64,000 nt of DNA from Planctomycetota bacterium (GTDB taxonomy: Bacteria; Planctomycetota; UBA11346): assembly GCA_016745075.1 (NCBI GenBank), contig JADGDD010000002.1, positions 2,034-66,033 on the forward strand. Direction: 5' to 3'. Each line of letters opens with the position of its first letter. Position 1 is the stretch's first letter. Of the stretch, positions 11,247-19,417 are shown in pieces. Made by a program: the position numbers and the translations under genes. The notes beneath the pieces are model-generated. The model was not told the DNA's origin. It did not search any database and saw nothing but the letters and a program-made list of their open reading frames with translations.

Positions 11247-11728
11247 TGGATGAAACTCAAGGCTCTGTTCTTTTTTATCACTCAATAGCTCAGGAGTGCC
11301 AATGGCTTTTACGGGTAGAATAACCTTGTTTGGATGTAGTTTACTCATTTTGAAAACGTTTTTATAAAGGATCCGTCTTTATTGCTTGATCTATAATTTA
11401 TTATTGCACAGAAATTATAATGTAACCATATGCTTCTTCTAAGACATATAAATACGTTGGTGTTTGTTCTTGTAATTATTGGCAAGGTGTTCGGCTGGTC
11501 ATTAATGACGCCAGACAATTTATTCTGCTGTTTATTAAATACTCAGTTACACGTGCAAAAAATGAGAATATTCAGTGACATTATACAAGAGCTCGACAAA
11601 GAAAAACAAACAGACCTTTGTTCGTTTTCTTATTGAATATTCATTATCTAACAGAATGCTTACAAATAAGCGTCTAATTTGTAAAAATAATTGGCAATGA
11701 AAATGATGTTTAATGCAGAAAGGTTATC

Positions 11729-11763
11729 ATAATATCGATCTGAAGAACAAAGATCGATATTAT
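11729..11763. promoter_or_regulatory. 13-bp perfect inverted repeat, candidate operator
   Basis: ataatatcgatct-N9-agatcgatattat, ~60 bp upstream of the glycosidase start. Confidence 0.45.
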
Positions 11764-11824
11764 TCTTGAGAATCCTTGTGGTATGGCGGCGCTGGCAGAG
11801 CATGACACTTCATTAGGAGGTTTA

Positions 11825-13426
11825 ATGGATATTTGCCAAGACACAGTTATTGCCGTCACTATCACCACAGAATCAGGGGAACGGAAGCCCTGTGTTGCTG
11901 TTGATGAAAGGTGGAAAGCAGGAGATGTTTCTGTTTCTATTCAGAATGGCAAGGTCACTATTCAATCGCCAGAAACGGCTTTGTCGTGGGTGCGGATTCG
12001 TTGGGCGAAAGAAGCTTTACGCGGAGCCATGTATTGTGGGGACCAATGGGAGCGAGGTTACGGTGATCATCACTGGCGCATTCTAACTCCTGAGCGTGCT
12101 TTGCCATGGTATGCTTTGGTTCGAGCTTCTGAATACACTTATGGTATAGGAGTGAAGACCGGTCCGCATGCATTTTGCAGTTGGTTTTTTGATGCGCATG
12201 GTGTTGATTTATTGTTGGATGTTCGCAACGGTGGCAGTGGTGTGCGTTTGGGTAAACGTATTTTAGAGGCCTGCGAAATTGTTTGTTATAACGGAACGAA
12301 GGGCGAAGCCGTCCAGCAAGTCGCTCAAAGCTTTGCGCGAAAAATGTGTGATACCCCAATTTGTCCAGACCATATTGTGTACGGTAGCAATAATTGGTAT
12401 TATGCTTATGGGGTCAGTTCTCATAGTGACATATTAAAAGATACAGACTTACTTATGGAACTAACTGAGGGTATAGAGAATCCTCCTTATATGGTAATTG
12501 ATTCAGGGTGGCAATACACAGGCGGTGGCTATAGCGAAAATCCTAATGCGGCCCTTGGGTGTCAGTGGACGAAAAGTAATAAAGCATTCCCAGATATGGC
12601 GGGATTGGCTTCTGAAATTGCAGAAAAAGGTGCTCGCCCCGGTATTTGGATGCGGCCCATGTTAGCAGATCCAGAAACTGACCCAAAGGAATGGTGTGTG
12701 CCAGTTGAGCGCATTCAAGACATGGGGGTAAGAGGAAGCTTTCCATTAACCGTTTATGATCCAAGTCACCCAGAAGCACTTGCTCGTATTCAATCAAATA
12801 TACAATGTATTGCTGGTTGGGGCTATGAACTAATTAAACATGATTTTTCAACTTTTGATATTTTTGGACTATGGGGTTGTGAAGCGAACGAATCTGTTAC
12901 GAATGACGGGTGGAGTTTTTATGACCGCACAAAAACCAGTGCCGAAATAATTTTAGATTTATATCGCGCTATTCGAGAAGGAGCCGGCAGCGCCGTGCTT
13001 ATTGGTTGTAATACGGTGAGTCACCTTGCCGCAGGTCTTGTTGAAATTCAGCGCACTGGTACAGATACAAGCGGTCTTAAATGGGAAGAAACTCGTAAGC
13101 AAGGTGTGAACACGCTTGCTTACCGGTTGCATCAACATGAGGCATTTTATCAAGTGGATGCAGATTGCGTAGGCATAACGGCTCATGTCCCATGGGAGAA
13201 AAACAAACAATGGCTTCAGCTTCTCTCAGAAAGCGGAACGCCACTCTTTGTTTCCGCTGCTCCAGAAGCCATTGGTGAAGAACAACGAGCCGCCTTGAAA
13301 AAGGCTTATGCGATTGCTTCTCAAGCACAGCCCCTCGCCATAGCCCAAGACTGGTGTGATACCTCAACTCCATCTCATTGGGTATTGCTCAATCATGAAG
13401 TTGTCTTTGACTGGTATGATGGGTGA
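11825..13426 (+). CDS. Clan GH-D (GH36/GH27-like) glycoside hydrolase, alpha-galactosidase-like
   Basis: YGSNNWY, MVIDSGWQ, FPDMAGLA, PGIWMRP, LIKHDF and QRTGTD motifs. SD AGGAGG before ATG 11825. Confidence 0.8.
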   Translation: MDICQDTVIAVTITTESGERKPCVAVDERWKAGDVSVSIQNGKVTIQSPETALSWVRIRWAKEALRGAMYCGDQWERGYGDHHWRILTPERALPWYALVRASEYTYGIGVKTGPHAFCSWFFDAHGVDLLLDVRNGGSGVRLGKRILEACEIVCYNGTKGEAVQQVAQSFARKMCDTPICPDHIVYGSNNWYYAYGVSSHSDILKDTDLLMELTEGIENPPYMVIDSGWQYTGGGYSENPNAALGCQWTKSNKAFPDMAGLASEIAEKGARPGIWMRPMLADPETDPKEWCVPVERIQDMGVRGSFPLTVYDPSHPEALARIQSNIQCIAGWGYELIKHDFSTFDIFGLWGCEANESVTNDGWSFYDRTKTSAEIILDLYRAIREGAGSAVLIGCNTVSHLAAGLVEIQRTGTDTSGLKWEETRKQGVNTLAYRLHQHEAFYQVDADCVGITAHVPWEKNKQWLQLLSESGTPLFVSAAPEAIGEEQRAALKKAYAIASQAQPLAIAQDWCDTSTPSHWVLLNHEVVFDWYDG

Positions 13427-13511
13427 TGTGAGCTACGGTGCACTGAAGAAGAGTTTTCAGGGCTAGAGGCAAGCACCCATAATAGGAGTAGAGATTAGCC
13501 GATGGCAAAAA

Positions 13512-13549
13512 ATAACCGACTGAAGGATGTTATTCCTAAAGTCGGTTAT
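13512..13549 (-). terminator. Hairpin following the distal tRNA-Leu 3' fragment
   Basis: ataaccgact...agtcggttat stem with an A-run on its left (U-tract on the minus strand). Confidence 0.55.
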
Positions 13550-13551
13550 AA

Positions 13552-13576
13552 TGCTACCCGAGAGAGGATTCGAACC
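13552..13576 (-). repeat. Second tRNA-Leu 3'-end fragment (att scar), 25 nt with 1 mismatch
   Basis: tgctacccgagagaggattcgaacc versus tggtacccgagagaggattcgaacc at 21686-21710. Confidence 0.88.
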
Positions 13577-13698
13577 GGGAACAAGGTAAATGCGTAACAT
13601 TTAAGAAGCCATGTTATGGCTTCTGGCCGCAGAGACCTTGGCGTAGCTTTGCGTAGTCAACCACCCGAATTAAGGGTGGAGGTTCTTTTTGAGCAAGA

Positions 13699-13738
13699 AA
13701 AAACCGTTTTAAGGAATAGTATCCTTAAAACGGTTTTT
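13699..13738 (-). terminator. Hairpin immediately outside the element's att site
   Basis: aaaaaccgttttaagga-N6-tccttaaaacggttttt, a 17-bp perfect stem. Confidence 0.65.
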
Positions 13739-13739
13739 A

Positions 13740-13756
13740 GTGGTACCCGAGAGAGG
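13740..13756. repeat. att core direct repeat (displaced tRNA 3' end)
   Basis: gtggtacccgagagagg identical to 21685-21701. Confidence 0.92.
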
Positions 13757-13874
13757 TACAAAAGCATTGTTTGATGTTGTTCTATGATTTACATGAAACA
13801 CACGTAAATAACGATGTATAATGAGATTAGTGTTTTTTATTGTCCGATGTTATACGCTTGTGTCTACGGTTTTT

Positions 13875-13894
13875 AGGGGTAAGTTTGCGGGTAT
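13875..13894 (+). promoter_or_regulatory. Integrase arm-type site (left)
   Basis: aggggtaagtttgcgggtat, 19/20 identical to 21610-21629; two GGGTA half-sites. Confidence 0.7.
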
Positions 13895-13910
13895 ATGACA
13901 GGAGCATTTA

Positions 13911-15122
13911 ATGCCCAGATTGACAAAACCTTTGACCGCTACGGAAGTAAAAAATGCTGACGATAAAAAGAGAGCGTATCCCTATAAATTATCAGATGGG
14001 CGGGGCTTATATGTACACGTTACAGCGTTTTCTAAAATATGGCGCATGAGGATAAAGTTTCACGGCAAGGAAAGTGTTTATACAATTGGTCGTTATCCAG
14101 AAATAAGCTTAGTCGATGCACGGAGAGAAGCAGAACGAATACGGGCAGAGCTGGCGCAGGGTATTAACCCAATTGAATCGGCAAAAGAACGTAAGGCCAA
14201 AGCTGAAGGGCGGGATTCTGTAAAAGCACTAGCAAAAGATTTTCTGGCAACCAAAGAAGAAGAATGGAAGCCTGAACACATGAAGCGGGTAACAAGTAGA
14301 ATTGAAAGAGATGTGTTGCCGTATATTGGTAGACGTGACATAGAGAGCATAAAGCCAGATGATATTTTGGGCATTATGAAGCGCGTGGAGGAGCGTGGTT
14401 CTCTTTATATGAGTAAACGTGTTCGGAGCATGCTGCATCAGATCTTTGACCTTGCTGTGGTACAGGGGCGAATACCAAGCAATCCAGCTAAGAGAGGCTT
14501 GAATAAGCTTGTTAAGTCCCACCAGACGCAACACAGAGCGGCGTTAGTTGATAAGCCAGAACGCTTTGCAGAGTTATTGCGTGCGATTGATAGCTATGGC
14601 GGTTTCTACACGAAAAAAGCCTTTGATTTGCTCATGAGAACGGGGGCAAGGTCTATTGAAATACGAGAACTCACATGGGATGAAGTGGACCTAGAGAACA
14701 GGCGAATTATCAAAGCCAGTACAAATATGAAAATGAGGCGTGAGCATGTGTTTTTCTTAAGCACGCAATCAATCAACATCTTACAAGAGATGCTTCCGCT
14801 TACTGGCCCAGATGGCTATGTATTTCCGTCAGATATAACAGGAGAGCCTTTATCTGGTAACGCTCTTCTGAAATTACTTCGTTCAAATGGATTTACCAAA
14901 GATGAAATGTCTGTACATGGTGTACGGACGCTGTTTCGCACAACGGCTGATGATATGAAGTGGGGCGACAATAGAACGCTTGAACTGTCGCTTGCTCATA
15001 CAGACGGTGATAAGGTACGCGCAGCGTATTTGCGCAATGAAAAAGTGGACGAACGGCGGGAAGTCATTCAAAAGTGGAGTGATTATTTGGATGAATTGCG
15101 AGACAGGTGGACACAAATGTAA
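13911..15122 (+). CDS. P4-like tyrosine integrase
   Basis: N-terminal YKLSDGRGLY arm domain, GRYPEISLVDAR, and catalytic R (TGARSIE), HGVR, LAH and Y (RAAY), all intact. Confidence 0.95.
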   Translation: MPRLTKPLTATEVKNADDKKRAYPYKLSDGRGLYVHVTAFSKIWRMRIKFHGKESVYTIGRYPEISLVDARREAERIRAELAQGINPIESAKERKAKAEGRDSVKALAKDFLATKEEEWKPEHMKRVTSRIERDVLPYIGRRDIESIKPDDILGIMKRVEERGSLYMSKRVRSMLHQIFDLAVVQGRIPSNPAKRGLNKLVKSHQTQHRAALVDKPERFAELLRAIDSYGGFYTKKAFDLLMRTGARSIEIRELTWDEVDLENRRIIKASTNMKMRREHVFFLSTQSINILQEMLPLTGPDGYVFPSDITGEPLSGNALLKLLRSNGFTKDEMSVHGVRTLFRTTADDMKWGDNRTLELSLAHTDGDKVRAAYLRNEKVDERREVIQKWSDYLDELRDRWTQM

Positions 15123-15266
15123 GCAAATTAGCGTGATTTGTTGATGGGTAAGTGTTTTAGATAAGCTGAAAGGGTCTTTTCTCTAAAGAATTGGCTATGG
15201 AAGCCCATCAGATGTTACAACGAGTTGCTGGCAATGTTACAACGTGCTAGACATGGAAGGCAAAGA

Positions 15267-16283
15267 ATGGGCAAAGGATCTTATAAATGTTGGGCTGTGG
15301 TTGATGTATGGGCTCAAAAGAAACGCGAAGAAGGTCGGCGATGGCTGGGGCGTGCTAGGAACAGGAAAGAGCAAAAATATGTGACTAAAGTGTTTGATCT
15401 GAAGGATGAGGCAGAATGCTGGGCTGAACAAAAGTATTTAGCTTTAGAAGGAGCGTTGCCTACATCAATGAAGCCTGATCGTTTTGATCCAATAAGTAAT
15501 TGGATGGGAGAGAGTGTACCTAGAAATTCGTTTGATGAGTGGCGTGATAGAATGCATTATATAATGGAAGAAGGGAAAACACATGCGAAAGAGATTGTTG
15601 AGTCAATTAAGCAAGGCCGATCTAATTCTCGAGGGTCAATGTTGAGAAAAGGTTTATTGCCTATTCAGCTAACTGAAAATGATATAAATGAACGAGAACA
15701 AAGTTTGTTAATGCATTGGTATAAAGTTGCTAGAGAGAAACAGTACAGTGGAAAGAGTGGTCGCAAGAAGGAAATTGCAGTCTATTTGTGGAAGTTGATA
15801 CAAGAAGCGAGGGGAGACACTTCATATTTTTTGTTTGACAGAGGGTTGCAGGGAAAAGAAAAAAGCGGTTTCATTGAAAATGATTTTTCTCAGTTAGGGT
15901 TTGAGGGGTATTGGGTATATCTAATGATAATGACATCTGCGGAAGAAAACTATTTGGTAAAATATGAAAAAATAAAAGCGGAGAGATATGAGGCAGGTAA
16001 GGGTATAAACAACGAAGAGAAGAAACAGAGGTTGTTAAGGGAATCTAATTGTCTCGAGAATGAGTTGGAAAAGAAATGGCCCAAAGGTTGCGACGGTGTA
16101 GATATGGTTAAACATCAACATAGGATGCTTTTTCGTTGGCTTGTTGAACATTACGTATATCTATTTTTGATTGAATCAAAGGAGCATGAAACACACCGAA
16201 TGCTAACATATTTTTGTGACCACCTTTGGAAGTTGAAGCTTTTCGACCATTCCATTGAGGCGTACCGATGTGATAACTCCTAA
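15267..16283 (+). CDS. Hypothetical protein with an arm-DNA-binding-like N-terminus
   Basis: Long AT-rich ORF with GGAAGG upstream of ATG 15267. RRWLGRAR...TKVFDLKDEAECWAE resembles the N-terminal domain of some integrases. Confidence 0.7.
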   Translation: MGKGSYKCWAVVDVWAQKKREEGRRWLGRARNRKEQKYVTKVFDLKDEAECWAEQKYLALEGALPTSMKPDRFDPISNWMGESVPRNSFDEWRDRMHYIMEEGKTHAKEIVESIKQGRSNSRGSMLRKGLLPIQLTENDINEREQSLLMHWYKVAREKQYSGKSGRKKEIAVYLWKLIQEARGDTSYFLFDRGLQGKEKSGFIENDFSQLGFEGYWVYLMIMTSAEENYLVKYEKIKAERYEAGKGINNEEKKQRLLRESNCLENELEKKWPKGCDGVDMVKHQHRMLFRWLVEHYVYLFLIESKEHETHRMLTYFCDHLWKLKLFDHSIEAYRCDNS

Positions 16284-16293
16284 GTAAACCTTC

Positions 16294-16367
16294 TGTCCAA
16301 GTTGGACAAGAACCCCAAATAAAAAAAGCTTAGTAAATTAAGGGCTCCTAGGTGAAATATTTTCACC
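16294..16367. promoter_or_regulatory. Two palindromes upstream of the xis/alpA operon
   Basis: tgtccaa-g-ttggaca (16294-16308) and ggtgaaa-tat-tttcacc (16351-16367). Confidence 0.45.
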
Positions 16368-16389
16368 GCTTAGAACAAAGGAGCCTACT

Positions 16390-16704
16390 ATGGCCAATGT
16401 AATTGTAACTGATCAGAAAGAGTTGTGCAGACTTATTGATCAGCTTATTCGAGAAGCGTTTAGCGCTGAAATAGCAATGCACCGATTGAAGGTTGGTGAG
16501 AGCGCTCAAATGCTTATTCCTGCTCAAGTGCGCGATTATGTGCATTGTAGTAACCAGCGTGTCTATGATGCGCTTAAAAGCGGGGCGTTGCCGTTTGTGG
16601 ATGCTAGCAAGACCCCACGGGGTACCCGCAAGCTTATACGTTTAGCTGATGCAGAGGCGTGGGCTGCTGCTGGTGCGCCTGTAGAGATTGAGGTGCAATC
16701 ATGA
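16390..16704 (+). CDS. Excisionase-like (HTH_17 type) DNA-binding protein
   Basis: MLIPAQVRDYVHCSNQRVYDALKSGALP...RKLIRLADAEAW. SD AAGGAG; ATGA-coupled to the next gene. Confidence 0.75.
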   Translation: MANVIVTDQKELCRLIDQLIREAFSAEIAMHRLKVGESAQMLIPAQVRDYVHCSNQRVYDALKSGALPFVDASKTPRGTRKLIRLADAEAWAAAGAPVEIEVQS

Positions 16705-16916
16705 GCAATGATTATGCGCCAGTACAGCCAGAATACGGACGGATGCCAAGGGTTCAAAGCGAGTGCGGTAATATAGCTCGAAGCACTGTCTACGCGTGGA
16801 TGGAAAAATCAAATTTTCCAGCTCCACTCCGATTATCAGCAAGAACTGTCGTATGGGATATGGCCGCCGTGCGTGATTGGATCAAGTCTCATGCCAGTGT
16901 GGAGGGTGAGGTATGA
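16701..16916 (+). CDS. alpA: AlpA-family phage regulator
   Basis: RMPRVQSECGNIARSTVYAWMEKSNFPAPLRLSARTVVWD..VRDWI matches the AlpA consensus. Confidence 0.92.
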   Translation: MSNDYAPVQPEYGRMPRVQSECGNIARSTVYAWMEKSNFPAPLRLSARTVVWDMAAVRDWIKSHASVEGEV

Positions 16917-17101
16917 GTGCCAATCTGAGAGAACTGGACAGGACGACAGCAGAATATCGAAAAGCATGTCAGAAGCTGGTGCTTGAGCTTTTTCCAGATG
17001 CACAAACAGCAGGTCCCGTTGACTTTCTTGAAAAAGCACGGGAAGTTAGAGCGCGTATCCAGTCTCGTATTTATGTACAAAATCAAATTAAAGGTAAATA
17101 A
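16913..17101 (+). CDS. Small hypothetical protein
   Basis: ATGA overlap with alpA, SD GAGG, helical 62 aa. Confidence 0.65.
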   Translation: MSANLRELDRTTAEYRKACQKLVLELFPDAQTAGPVDFLEKAREVRARIQSRIYVQNQIKGK

Positions 17102-17102
17102 A

Positions 17103-17408
17103 ATGATTCATCAAAACAGAAAACCACGGGGGGCAACCCGTGGTAGTCATGGCGACTATAACAGCCACCTCTTTACTTATTTCCCAATAGTAGCGCCATT
17201 ATTCTCTGGTGAAAGTGCAAAACGGCACTGGCTCAAACGAGATGACTATGTGTACCTATGCGATGGTAGCGGCATAGGAATTGAGCTTTGCAGGGCATCC
17301 CAGCTCTGTGTTGGTGACTCAATACAATATGAAGGTGAACAAGGGCATGTACTAAAAGCAAATATAGAGCATGGGGCATGGGTGGAGGTGATTTCATGGA
17401 ACAAGTAA
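17103..17408 (+). CDS. Hypothetical protein (element-encoded)
   Basis: ATG 1 nt after the previous stop; overlaps the DUF3987 start; fits operon spacing. Confidence 0.6.
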   Translation: MIHQNRKPRGATRGSHGDYNSHLFTYFPIVAPLFSGESAKRHWLKRDDYVYLCDGSGIGIELCRASQLCVGDSIQYEGEQGHVLKANIEHGAWVEVISWNK

Positions 17409-18901
17409 GTGTTGTTACTGGAAAAGTTTTTTCATTCTCACCAGAAGATTTACTGAAAGACAGTGTTGAATTACCAAAGCTTGATATGGAACTACTACCA
17501 GCCTCAATACGGGGCTGGATAGTGGATTGTATAGAAAGAATACAGGGCCAAGAAAGCTTTGCTGTTGCTGCGGTATTGTGTGGAGCCTCTTCGATAATAG
17601 GCAGACAGCGTGCGCTTTTTCCAAAGGAATGGGATAGAGGCTGGTGCGTTGTGCCCAATTTATGGGGTGCAGTTATTGGCAGTCCGTCACAGAAAAAAAG
17701 TCCTATCATAAAAATGATGATGGAACCTGTTTATTACCTTCAAAAACAAGCAAACCAGAAGCATGAGGAAGAATTGTTTGTATATAACCAGAGAGAGGAT
17801 GAATACCGATTGCAGAAAAAAGTCTGGGAAAGGGAATATATGAACCAGTACCGCAAACAGAGCGAGGCGAGTGCGATGGATTATAGCGATCTTTTAGACC
17901 GTCCTGTAGCGCCAGTACAGCCCTGTAAAGAGGTATACCAGATAAGTGACCCAACCATAGAAAGGTTGCTGCAAATTGTGCAGGAAACACCAAGAGGAAC
18001 GCTCATACTCAGAGATGAATTGTACGGTTGGTTGAAATCATTGGAGCAAGACGGGAAACAAAAGAATGACAGGTCTTATTATTTAGAGCTATGGACTGGT
18101 GATGCCTACATATCAGATGATCGCATGGGACGGGACGGCATTAACATTGAAGGTGGATGTGCTAGTGTGTTTGGCGGGATTCAACCAGATAGTATTGTCA
18201 GTTATGTCAGTGATACCTTGGCAGGTAAGAACGATGGCTTGCTTCAGCGTTTCCAGTTGTTGGTGTATCCAGACCCGCTCACAGCATACACACATACTGA
18301 CAGGGCAGAAGATGAAGCAGCGAAAGAGAGCTATATGTCTGCAATGCTTGCGCTCAGTGAGCTAGGATTTGCCAATGATAATCATGAGCCCATTACGTTG
18401 CGGTTTACATCGGATGCACAGAAGGTGTTTACTCGATGGTTCATTGAAAATGAGAGACGTACAAGAGGCGAGTGTCGCGGAACGATTCTTGAAGAAGTTT
18501 TAGGAAAATACAACTCATTCGTCCCGTCTTTAGCACTTATTTTTCAGCTACTTTGTGACCCGTCTTCAATGCAAGTTGATGTTGTTGCCGTAGAAAATGC
18601 AATAAAACTAGCACAGTATTTTGAGGCGCATGTTCATAAGCTTTTTCACAGAAGAAAGACAAAGCTGGATTTAGCAGTACGCATGTTGGCAAAGCGCATA
18701 ATAAACAAAGCCCTTACTGATGGGTTCACGTCGCGTGAAGTCAAAAGAAAAGAATGGCATGGATTAGATGCACAGATGGTGGATGATGCCTTGCTAGAAC
18801 TAGAAAGTGCAGGATGGGTAGCCAGTACAAATATTGGCAAAACAAAGCCCAAAATAGTCTACAACATCAATCCAGAGATTTTCTCAATGTACGGAAAATA
18901 A
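17396..18901 (+). CDS. DUF3987/YfjI-family replication protein (helicase-like, no primase domain seen)
   Basis: PNLWGAVIGSPSQKKSP, DPTIERL, RDELYGW, SVFGGIQP and NDGLLQRF motifs. SD GGAGG before ATG 17396. Confidence 0.88.
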   Translation: MEQVSVVTGKVFSFSPEDLLKDSVELPKLDMELLPASIRGWIVDCIERIQGQESFAVAAVLCGASSIIGRQRALFPKEWDRGWCVVPNLWGAVIGSPSQKKSPIIKMMMEPVYYLQKQANQKHEEELFVYNQREDEYRLQKKVWEREYMNQYRKQSEASAMDYSDLLDRPVAPVQPCKEVYQISDPTIERLLQIVQETPRGTLILRDELYGWLKSLEQDGKQKNDRSYYLELWTGDAYISDDRMGRDGINIEGGCASVFGGIQPDSIVSYVSDTLAGKNDGLLQRFQLLVYPDPLTAYTHTDRAEDEAAKESYMSAMLALSELGFANDNHEPITLRFTSDAQKVFTRWFIENERRTRGECRGTILEEVLGKYNSFVPSLALIFQLLCDPSSMQVDVVAVENAIKLAQYFEAHVHKLFHRRKTKLDLAVRMLAKRIINKALTDGFTSREVKRKEWHGLDAQMVDDALLELESAGWVASTNIGKTKPKIVYNINPEIFSMYGK

Positions 18902-18908
18902 CCGCCAT

Positions 18909-18965
18909 AACTGACATATCTTTTCGCTGAATACATTCTACAGAGATATGTCAGTTTTGTCAGTT
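18909..18965. other. Putative replication origin (inverted + direct TGTCAGTT repeats)
   Basis: aactgacatatct (18909-18921) / agatatgtcagtt (18944-18956) plus ttgtcagtt (18957-18965), directly after DUF3987 and followed by an AT-rich tract. Confidence 0.55.
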
Positions 18966-19008
18966 GATTGATGCGTTTTGAATTTTAATCAAAAAGAATC
19001 AAAGGAAG

Positions 19009-19248
19009 ATGCTTATGCGTGGTGGAAAACGAGAAGGTGCAGGAAGACCCAAAGGCAAGAGCTCCCTTACAACTGCGCGTGAAGCGTTGATAGAGCACTC
19101 TGACGACATTATCAACGCGTTGTTAAAGAAGGTGCAAGACGGCGATATTCAGGCCATTAAGCTCGCGGTGGAGCGCCTTGTGCCTGTGGTCAAAGAGGAC
19201 TCAGCTAGTGACAGTGAAGACATTGACCCAGACTTTAGGTATATTTAA
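19009..19248 (+). CDS. Small terminase-like / DUF5681-like protein
   Basis: RGGKREGAGRPKG N-terminus and GDIQAIKLAVERL helix, typical of phage/satellite packaging-associated small proteins. Confidence 0.65.
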   Translation: MLMRGGKREGAGRPKGKSSLTTAREALIEHSDDIINALLKKVQDGDIQAIKLAVERLVPVVKEDSASDSEDIDPDFRYI

Positions 19249-19417
19249 TTTTGATAATAGAATACCAGTTAATTCCAACGCCTTTCTCTATTAAAGCTGG
19301 TATATGTTCATCTATAGACCGCTGTGAAAGAGGGTTGTTTTTGACATCTAAGGATTGAGTTCCAGCAAAGGGCATAAATCAGATACTTGATCATCGATTA
19401 ACTTAATGCCATTGACA

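Noticed and set aside
11430..11636. 68-aa ORF between the two glycosidases
   Set aside because: AT-rich, no clear RBS and no recognisable motif; cannot be supported as a gene.
13552..13576. Second tRNA gene
   Set aside because: Only the acceptor 3' strand and part of the T arm are present; no D or anticodon arm.
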